A stretch of 64,000 nucleotides of DNA, taken from a bacterium (GTDB lineage: Bacteria > Bdellovibrionota_C > UBA2361 > CALJRW01). A program made the translations under genes and the position numbers. The notes under the pieces were generated by a model. The model was given only the letters and a program-made list of their open reading frames with translations, had not been told where the DNA came from and did no database searches. Of the stretch, positions 53,025 through 61,400 are shown one piece after another. The stretch lies in assembly GCA_031385045.1 (NCBI GenBank), contig JANNBC010000052.1, positions 32,001-96,000 on the forward strand. Direction: 5' to 3'. Position 1 is the stretch's first letter. Every line of letters begins with the position of its first letter.

Positions 53025-54146
53025 ATGACTATGTCCGATTCTTTACCTGTTGCCGTAGATGTAATGGGAGGAGATTTTGGTCCCGAAATCATTGTTCGTG
53101 GAGCAATCCAAGCCTGTAATAAATTACAAATTAAAGTCTTATTAGTTGGCGATGAAAATTTAATTCGTGCCGAAATGGCAAAGAATACAATTGATCGTCC
53201 TGAAATGGTTTCCATTTTTAATGCTCCAGAATTTATTACCATGGAGGATTCGCCCACGAAGGCTATTCGTTCCAAAGCAAATTATTCCATCAAGCAAGCT
53301 TTCCAATTAGTAAAAGAAGGACAAGCTCAGTCTGTTGTGAGCCCTGGTAATACTGGAGCAATGTTGGCAGCAGGATTGTATGTGGTTGGAGCAATCGAGG
53401 GGATTAGTCGCCCAGCGATTGCTACCTTAATTCCTCGAGCAGATGAGAGTCATCCAACAGTCTTAGTTGATAGTGGTGCAAATGTTCAATGTCATGCTGA
53501 GCAGTTTGCTCACTTTGCCATCATGGGTAAATTTTACTCACAAGCCTTATTTAATTTACCGGAACCGCGCATCGGGATTTTATCAAACGGAACTGAGAGT
53601 TCTAAGGGTAATGATTTATCTAGAGCTTCGGCTTATATTCTATCTAATATTAAAGATCTTAATTTTATTGGTTTTGTTGAGGGGCGACATATACCTCGGG
53701 ATATTGCTGATGTTGTAGTCTGTGATGGCTTTGTAGGAAATATTGTTCTTAAAACGATGGAGGGTAGTGTAGAATTAGTTGTAGATTCTATTCGTCGCAA
53801 TGTAAGTGAAAGCTGGCGTGGGAAAATTGGGATGTATTTAGCAAAGCCGATCTTTAAAAAATTATTTAAAGAAAAACTTGATCCTTCTTCTTACGGCGGT
53901 GCGCCACTTTTAGGATTAAATAATATCGCAATTGTTTGTCATGGTTCTTCTAATGAGAAGGCGATCTTCAATGCAATTCGTGTCGCTAATCAGCTATATA
54001 AAGCCGAGATTATCAGTAAAATGACTAAGTCATTGGTAAAGATTGAAAGTATTCTAGATGATGTCTCCTATGAAGATGGAATGTGGGATCGTGCAAGCGG
54101 TAAATTTGATATCAAAAAAAAGAAATCAATTGTAGAAAGATCGTAG
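53025..54146 (+). CDS. plsX: Phosphate acyltransferase PlsX
   Basis: AVDVMGGDFGP, GNTGAM, DSGAN, DVVVCDGFVGN, YGGAPLLG and HGSS. Confidence 0.96.
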   Translation: MTMSDSLPVAVDVMGGDFGPEIIVRGAIQACNKLQIKVLLVGDENLIRAEMAKNTIDRPEMVSIFNAPEFITMEDSPTKAIRSKANYSIKQAFQLVKEGQAQSVVSPGNTGAMLAAGLYVVGAIEGISRPAIATLIPRADESHPTVLVDSGANVQCHAEQFAHFAIMGKFYSQALFNLPEPRIGILSNGTESSKGNDLSRASAYILSNIKDLNFIGFVEGRHIPRDIADVVVCDGFVGNIVLKTMEGSVELVVDSIRRNVSESWRGKIGMYLAKPIFKKLFKEKLDPSSYGGAPLLGLNNIAIVCHGSSNEKAIFNAIRVANQLYKAEIISKMTKSLVKIESILDDVSYEDGMWDRASGKFDIKKKKSIVERS

Positions 54147-54385
54147 TTCCCTAAACTCCTTCAATTACAATAATTAGTGAAAAATCCTAGGAAAATACTG
54201 GCAATTATCTGAATCTTTGCTATATTTTCATGGCCTACAAAAGCAAAGTCGCTTAGTATTGCAAGTCCTTACTCCTTGTCTCGCTTAGGAAAATGAAGCT
54301 TGTGTAACAAGTTATTGAGCTAGGGGAAACATAGTAAACCTAATAGGTTTTAGTAGATCAAGTTTAAATTATAAATTACTGTCGT

Positions 54386-55135
54386 ATGAGTAAAATACTA
54401 TCTGGAAAAACTGCTTTAGTAACTGGTGGCTCAAGAGGAATTGGTCGAGCGATCTGTCTTTCTTTAGCTCAAAATGGAGCTAACGTTTTTGTAAATTATT
54501 CTTCTGGTGTTGGTCCAGCGGAAGAGACTGTGTCGCTTTGTAAAGAGCAGGGCGTAAATGCTTGGGCCCTAGGATTTGATGTCGCTAATGCTGATTCTGT
54601 TAGTGATGCCTTTAAACAAATCAAAGAATTATCCCCAACATTAGATATCTTAGTTAATAATGCTGGTATTGTAATTGATGGTATCTTTATTCGCTATAAA
54701 GCAGAGGACTGGGATAAAGTATTAAAGGTCAATCTTTACGGAGCATTTCACTGCTCTCAGGAAGCTGCCAAAATTATGATGAAGCAAAGAAGCGGAACAA
54801 TTATTAATATTAGTTCTGTTGTTGGAGAGATGGGGAATGCGGGACAAGCAGCCTATGTTTCTTCTAAAGCAGGCTTGATTGGTCTTACTAAATCTTTAGC
54901 TCGAGAATTATCGGCGCGTCACATTACAGTAAATGCAATTACCCCTGGATTTATTGAAACAGAAATGACTGAAAAATTAGATGAGCGGGTGAAACAGGAA
55001 CATTTAAAGATTATCCCACTTGCCAAATATGGCTCAGTTGAAGATATCGCCGGAACTGTCTCCTTCTTAGCTAGTCCTCACGCTGGTTACATTACAGGGC
55101 AGATTTTGGGTGTAAATGGTGGAATGTATATGTAG
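54386..55135 (+). CDS. fabG: 3-oxoacyl-ACP reductase
   Basis: TGGSRGIG, NNAGI, GNAGQAAYVSSKAG, PGFIETEMT and NGGM. Confidence 0.96.
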   Translation: MSKILSGKTALVTGGSRGIGRAICLSLAQNGANVFVNYSSGVGPAEETVSLCKEQGVNAWALGFDVANADSVSDAFKQIKELSPTLDILVNNAGIVIDGIFIRYKAEDWDKVLKVNLYGAFHCSQEAAKIMMKQRSGTIINISSVVGEMGNAGQAAYVSSKAGLIGLTKSLARELSARHITVNAITPGFIETEMTEKLDERVKQEHLKIIPLAKYGSVEDIAGTVSFLASPHAGYITGQILGVNGGMYM

Positions 55136-55236
55136 TCTGACTCCGAGTCAGAGGTAGAAGCTTTTCTTTAATATCTAAGGAAAAGAGATTGATTATTAGT
55201 TAAATCAGTAAAAATAGCGCATAATATTACTGATTT

Positions 55237-55265
55237 TTGACTTGTAAAATTGTTGAGTATTTACT
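55237..55265 (+). promoter_or_regulatory. Sigma70-like promoter
   Basis: TTGACT-17 bp-TTTACT, predicting a start site near 55271. Confidence 0.5.
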
Positions 55266-55270
55266 AGCAT

Positions 55271-55533
55271 GGCTTCCTTGGCGGTCAACTGGAAGCGCAA
55301 ATAGCGATGGTTGACATGCTCAGGAAAATGATTATATTTGTTTTTTTGTGAGTTTGCTGAGTTCTCCTAATTAGAGAAAAACAGCTAATAACCATATTAA
55401 AAGCCTTATTTAAGTTATTAAATAGGTACCTTTAATATCGTTATCAAAACTCTCATCCTAGTAGTATCTTTTTGGTAAAATTTACGACTAGTCTTTGTTT
55501 TTTACGGCAGAAATTGGCAAGCCAATATTTTGC
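55271..55533 (+). ncRNA. Candidate structured RNA (acpP leader or independent sRNA)
   Basis: 5' H-type pseudoknot, a three-way junction and two further hairpins (see findings). No known family recognised. Confidence 0.4.
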
Positions 55534-55600
55534 TCGCTGACAAGAGTTTCCTTTCATAAAAAGTAAAACTTGTTGGTATAATAATATTTTGGAGAAAAAA

Positions 55601-55840
55601 ATGTCAGAAGCGATTGTTGATCGTATTAAAGGAATAATTGTAGATCAGCTTAATGTTTCCCCCGAAGAAGTAACACCAGAAGCATCTTTTATTGAAGATC
55701 TTGGTGCTGATTCCCTAGATATCGTGGAATTAATCATGGCTCTAGAAGAAGAGTATGATTTGGAAATCCCAGACGAGGATGCTGAAAAGATCCAAACAGT
55801 AAATGATGTAACATCTTACATCCAAAGCCGCCAAGAGTAA
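55601..55840 (+). CDS. acpP: Acyl carrier protein
   Basis: [26 protein letters not shown] before ATG 55601. Confidence 0.98.
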   Translation: MSEAIVDRIKGIIVDQLNVSPEEVTPEASFIEDLGADSLDIVELIMALEEEYDLEIPDEDAEKIQTVNDVTSYIQSRQE

Positions 55841-55861
55841 TTCTTACCCGTGGCGCTGTAT

Positions 55862-55893
55862 TGAACCAAGGTAAGGAAACTTACCTTGGTTCA
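55862..55893 (+). terminator. Strong hairpin between acpP and nrdR (terminator or mRNA stabiliser)
   Basis: TGAACCAAGGTAAG-GAAA-CTTACCTTGGTTCA: 14-bp perfect stem with a GNRA loop. Confidence 0.7.
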
Positions 55894-55910
55894 TTAATAA
55901 CATATAAAAA

Positions 55911-56357
55911 ATGCGCTGCCCCAAATGTAATTCTGAAGAAAAATCATCGGTTATTGAAACCAGAACAGATGATTATAGTATTCGTCGCAGAAGAGAATGC
56001 ATTTCTTGTACTCATCGCTACTCAACGTCAGAGCAAGTTGAATTAACATTTCCAATTGTAGTGAAAAAAAGTGGACGAAGGGAAAACTTTCGTTCTGAAA
56101 AGATTCGGCAAGGATTGATTCGCTCCTGCCAAAAGCGTCCAGTTTCTCTAGATGACATTGACGAGACAGTTCATGATATTGAGCGCCAAGTATCAGAGTT
56201 AAGTACAAAAGAGATTCCTAGTGAAGAAGTTGGTAATATTGTTATCGCTGCTCTAAAGAAACTAGATAAAATTGCATATCTGCGCTTTGTTTCTGTATAT
56301 CGAGAGTTCTCTAGCTTGGAGCAGTTTCAGGAAACCCTAAAAGAATTAGAAGAGTAG
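55911..56357 (+). CDS. nrdR: Transcriptional repressor NrdR
   Basis: MRCPKC...IRRRRECISC Zn ribbon and ATP cone (VVKKSGRRE...IAYLRFVSVYREF). Confidence 0.97.
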   Translation: MRCPKCNSEEKSSVIETRTDDYSIRRRRECISCTHRYSTSEQVELTFPIVVKKSGRRENFRSEKIRQGLIRSCQKRPVSLDDIDETVHDIERQVSELSTKEIPSEEVGNIVIAALKKLDKIAYLRFVSVYREFSSLEQFQETLKELEE

Positions 56358-56414
56358 GGTTGTAGTTTATAAGGCTTTTTTAAATCTTGGATCGTTTCTA
56401 AAAAAATAATTAAT

Positions 56415-58307
56415 TTAACGGAAATCCTTTTCCAGTTTAATAATATTTTCCCAGCTAATAGTGCTATCAATCCAGAAATGCTCTGGGGTGACAACAACTT
56501 CTCTAAACCACTCGATGTTAAAATCTTCTGTTTTTTCCGCGGGACGAGCTATTTCTTGCGCTCTTTCTAAGTATACATCTAAAGGAATTGCTTGAATTCC
56601 GGGAGCCCAAGCAAAGTGTTTTAGTTCTTTAGGATGATTAATCGGGTTAGTCAGATCTCTCTCTTGATAGTCATTTGGATGAGGGTTAATTATTAGGACT
56701 AATTTATGTTCAGCGTCATAGCCATGAAAGGCTACCGCATGCATCGAGTAGCCTTTGCTCGTTTGATAAATTGCTTTGCTACCACCTTTTTCCTTCACTA
56801 GTTTCTGAAGATCTTTTTCATCTAACTTACTCCATTCTAGAGAGAGTAAGACAGGTTGTTTGGTCCCAACTTGAGCTAGCGCTTTAATTTCTTGCTCTGT
56901 ATTAGGTGCAGGAAGCACAACAAACTTTTGATGGGTAATTAAGCTAAGAATTTTTGCCATGGAAGCCATTGTTGCGCCGTAGCCATACTTATACTTTCGA
57001 TCTGCAGAGCGATGACAATCAGTCAAAGGATCATAAATTGCCGACCCATTTGCATATTCCATCAGGGATGTTTGTAGTAAGAGTTGCATCCAATCATCCT
57101 GTTTGGGAACGTTTTTTAATCCGGCTTGGCAAGCAATAATTGGTGTTGTTGATACAATCGCTGGAAAATCTGAGTCTGTAATATCTTGATAATTGGCCTG
57201 ACCTTTGCAGTATAGGTTACTTGTTAATCGAATAATTTCTAATGGATAATGCTCGGCTAGTTCCAAAGTAGTGGAAGTCGGTGCACAAGTGCCTAAGTGT
57301 CCTTGATTAAATCCAGTTATCCAAAAAGCCACTGTTTCAATAATTGTCCCAATAGCCTTAGCAGGTTTAACGTCCAATCCTTGGATTGGACCTTGCTGAA
57401 TCATTTGTAAGAGTAGTCCTAAGGTTTCTGCACTTTGTGACCCAGCAAGTAATTTGCCAACACCACGATCGGCATCAATAATTTGTAAGAGCTGGCGGTG
57501 TTGCTTTAAGGTATCAATTTGCTCTACTTTGATTAGTTCTGCATAAATTTTAATAATTGCTTCTTTATGTTGGCAGTTCAATTCTTGATAGCCTGATTGA
57601 TTAATCAACTGGGTAAGGGAGAGGTTGTTTGTTAGGCAACTTTTAAATATTTGATCTAGTAGCGTTAAGGACTGAGGGGTAAGCCCAGATAGAAAGGGGT
57701 GCCCAGTAAACATTTCTAGATTACTGTGAAAATGTGGAAATAAAATAGTTTGCCCAGTATTAATTCGGAACTGCGGGTTGATTTTTGCAGTTGGCAGATT
57801 TAAAAAGTTATTAAACTTAATTAGCTCTGGAATTGTAAAGCGATCTTCTGGAGATAAAAGCTTGTTTATTTCTTGGTGGACTTTTTCTAGGACATCACCT
57901 TTGCTAATTTTATAATAAAAAATATTTCCTTCTGCCGGAAAGAATTTTTTAGGATCGGCAAATTTTTGAGCTTCTTCTTTCTCCCAAAGATTATAATCAG
58001 CTCTTTTAATGTTTGTACCAAGTTGTAGTGCTTTTTTTGAAACTAAGTGACGATCTTGCAAATATCGATATAGTGTCGAGTATTCCGTATTTAAGCCTAG
58101 CTTCTCGGCAATCTTAAAAACTGTATCACCTGCTTGCGTTGTATATTCCTGCAAATCATTAGTTTTGTTAGGTAGTAGGATCGGGATCGGTGGAAGACTA
58201 CACAGCTCTAATTGAGGGGTTACTTTTGCTTCGGCACCAAAAACTGTTGTCGCAAGAATCAGCGACTGAGCGATACGATGAATTGAATTGGTACTACTAG
58301 ACATCAA
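56415..58307 (-). CDS. LysM-containing protein with a papain/calpain-like Cys-His-Asn domain
   Basis: YTTQAGDTVFKIA and YKISKGDVL...N...GQTILFP LysM-like segments; NQGHLGTCAPTS, HAVAFHGYD and IINPH. Confidence 0.65.
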   Translation of the reverse strand: MMSSSTNSIHRIAQSLILATTVFGAEAKVTPQLELCSLPPIPILLPNKTNDLQEYTTQAGDTVFKIAEKLGLNTEYSTLYRYLQDRHLVSKKALQLGTNIKRADYNLWEKEEAQKFADPKKFFPAEGNIFYYKISKGDVLEKVHQEINKLLSPEDRFTIPELIKFNNFLNLPTAKINPQFRINTGQTILFPHFHSNLEMFTGHPFLSGLTPQSLTLLDQIFKSCLTNNLSLTQLINQSGYQELNCQHKEAIIKIYAELIKVEQIDTLKQHRQLLQIIDADRGVGKLLAGSQSAETLGLLLQMIQQGPIQGLDVKPAKAIGTIIETVAFWITGFNQGHLGTCAPTSTTLELAEHYPLEIIRLTSNLYCKGQANYQDITDSDFPAIVSTTPIIACQAGLKNVPKQDDWMQLLLQTSLMEYANGSAIYDPLTDCHRSADRKYKYGYGATMASMAKILSLITHQKFVVLPAPNTEQEIKALAQVGTKQPVLLSLEWSKLDEKDLQKLVKEKGGSKAIYQTSKGYSMHAVAFHGYDAEHKLVLIINPHPNDYQERDLTNPINHPKELKHFAWAPGIQAIPLDVYLERAQEIARPAEKTEDFNIEWFREVVVTPEHFWIDSTISWENIIKLEKDFR

Positions 58308-58423
58308 TTTTTGAAGACTGCTTGCAATTTGAACATAAAAAGCAAGATCATCTTACTCCAAAATTAATCTTAATCTAGAAAAAAATGATTAAGCAGGGAC
58401 TTTTTTAAAGCCTAAGCCAAAGT

Positions 58424-61400
58424 CTAAAATGCACTACCAACACTAAAGTGGACTCTCCAAGTAGATTCGCCTTCTAAGCGATCTAGTGGGTGGCCAAAAT
58501 CTAAGCCAATCGGACCAATCGGGGATTTAAAGCGAAATCCAAGACCAACGCTTTCTCGCAGATCGGAGTAGCTAATCGCCGTTTGATTTAGAAAGACATT
58601 TCCCACATCGTAAAAGCTATGTAATTGCAGATATTGATTTAAGCTATAACGTAATTCTAAGTTATTACTTAGACTTAAGTCACCGCCAATTACTGCTCCA
58701 TCAGCACCTTTTGGTCCTAAGGAATTTTCACGGAACCCCCGAATTGAATTTCTTCCTCCCAGATAATACCTTTGTGAAATTGGAATTGCCGGAGTACTAT
58801 CATAGGTCCAGGCAGAGCCTAAAGCGAAGTTATTTGCCAATGTAAATGGTGTCTCCAGAACTGGTGCAGTCCAAGAAGCCCGTCCCAGCAAGGAATAAAA
58901 GCTAGCGTCTGATTCTATTGTTTTACTAGCTAGCTTATAGTCTAAGCCAAAATATAAACCTTGATCGGGTCGGGAAGAATCATTTCTTAAGTCTAAGTTA
59001 AAATTTCCATAGAGGTAACTTAAATCTACTGTTCCTTGATCTAATTCAGAAATTACTGCGCCTGGAGTTACATTATCAAGTTGCTCATTTAAAAAGGAAT
59101 ATCCAAAGGTACTAGAAAGTGTTCTCCAGCTTTTTTGAATTGATTGATCCAGAATGATTCGATTAAGTTCAAACTCTAATGTTGGATTATTAAATTTTTG
59201 ATAACCTAAATCGCTAGAGAACTTTAGATCTTTATCTAAGAAATATGGATCTTGATAGCGTAGGCCGGCAACCCCTTGGTTTATCTCTCTAGTAACCTGA
59301 TCTACGTATTGATCTAGTCGGAGGCTAAGGCTTCGGCCATCTTTAAAGAGACTGCGATCTACGGCTTCACTAAATACATGAAATCCTAACTCAGAGTTTA
59401 CACCAAATCCTAAATCCAAAGAGTTAAGTTGTTTCTCAATCGTTCTAATTTTTAAATCTTGTAGATTAGAAGTGGAATCTTTTTTAATTAGCTCTAAGTT
59501 TACTTCTTCAAATAAGCCTGATTTAAGTAAGTTAGCCTTGATGGCATTGAGGGATTTAATGCTGGCAGTCTGATCTTTTTGAAGATTCATGATCCTGATA
59601 ATTTTACTACATTCAATTTCTTTGTCTTGGACACAGTCAACTTGATCAATGATTACGGGATTACCAGCTTGAATTAGTATTTGATACTGGTTGCTTTCCT
59701 TCTGAAAAGTTTTTTTAACAATTGCATCATTGTAAGCATTACGAATCAAGTTTGATTTAATAGATTCTTCTAGGGCATTAATTCTGGCCACGGACAGCTT
59801 TTCTGCTCGATTTTGAAATTCTAATTCCTCTGGAAAACCAGTTATATTAACCAGAAATAATTCTTCTGGTGGTGGAATTTGAAATTGATAAACTATTTCA
59901 TACTCTAAATCTGTGATGGAGTTTAATAGATAGGAGACCTTCGAGTTCGGGTAGCCTTCTTCCGCAAGTAGGCTAGATAGTACGTAACAATTATTTTCTA
60001 ATTCTTCATCTAAAATTGTTTTTGGGGAAAAGAAATTATCAGCAAAGTCTTGATCGTATTTTCTAATACTCTTCTTAAGTTTAGCAAGTAGTTCAGCTTC
60101 AATACCTTTAAATTCTACAGCGAGGGCTTGAATTGGCTTTTCTTCAATAATTGTAATTTCGATAATTAAACGATTATCCTGATCTAGTGATTGATTAGTA
60201 TTAATCACTGCAAATAAATATCCAGCTTCACGATAAATCTTCTCAATGTCTTTCACTAAGATATTAAGCGAGTTATTTCCAAAGAGACGTCTAGATTTTA
60301 AGAGATTTGTTTTCTCCAGCAATTCTTCCACTGAGAACTGCTGATTGCCTGTAAAGATAAAGCTGACTGGTTGGCCTAATTCTAATTCTACAATTAATGT
60401 TGCTTGGGGATGATTAGCGCTCAATAAATATTTGGTATCTAAACGTGCTTGTAGGTAACCTTCCGATCTTAGTCTAGTTGTTAATTCTTCAGTAAAGTCC
60501 TTTTTAATTTTTTGACTTGCATTGCTATCAATAACCTTTTTAGTTTGATTAAAGATCTGATCTGGAATTTGGTCTCCAATCACTTCAATATTGATAATCT
60601 TAAATTGTTCTTTAGCATCGAGGTTTAATTCTAAGTTTTGACAATATTTTAACTGAGCTAGGCAACTAAGTGTTACTTCGGCATTAAAATATCCTTGAGA
60701 CTTATAATATTTGAGGAGGCGTTCAGTGAGTTCAGCAATGTCTGGCTCATTTAAGCGGGAACTAGGATTTAGTCGTAAGTGATTTAGAATTGCATCTTGG
60801 CTCAAGCCAAGATTACCTTTAAAGGTTGTGTCTAAATATTTTCGGTTACGCGACAGTAGAGTTAGGCTTGTATTAAATTCTAAAGCTGTATTCTTTTGAG
60901 CATTGGCAGTATCTGCTAGGGCCGTGAAACGAAGGCGGGGAGTGAAGTCATAATTGGCTACAAACCTAGTATCGTTTGATCCACCACCAATAAATGTTTC
61001 ACTACTCAAGCTAATTTGATTACTGAGTTGACGAGTCCTTGTAAGGCTTGGCTCAATAAGCCCGGAACGATTATTAAAGGCTGGTTCGATGGCAATAGAA
61101 TCTAAGTCTGTAAGTGCCGAGAAAAAATCTTTGATTAATCCTTGTTCTTTTCTTTCTTGATAGTCATTGATTCTTTCACGGATGCTAGTACTTGACTGGC
61201 TTCGTGTTCGGTAGAGCCCGCGCGTGGTTAATAGAGTCAAGATTTCTTGTTGGTTTAAATTAGCATCAGAATCAAAACTGATTTGTGGAGCATTAACTGG
61301 GCCATGTGCCTCCATTGAAATATAGACCGGCTCACCAATTCGATTAATTACATTCGTATCAGCTAGTACTGTTAAAATTGGTTCTGGCTGATTAGGACTT

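Noticed and set aside
55271..55315. Pseudoknot as an HDV-like ribozyme, SAM-II or preQ1 riboswitch, or tmRNA
   Set aside because: No P3/P1.1 elements, none of the conserved SAM-II or preQ1 nucleotides that I could identify, and no tRNA-like ends or tag reading frame.
55316..55351. Possible leader peptide MLRKMIIFVFL
   Set aside because: No well-spaced RBS and no informative codon bias; likely chance.
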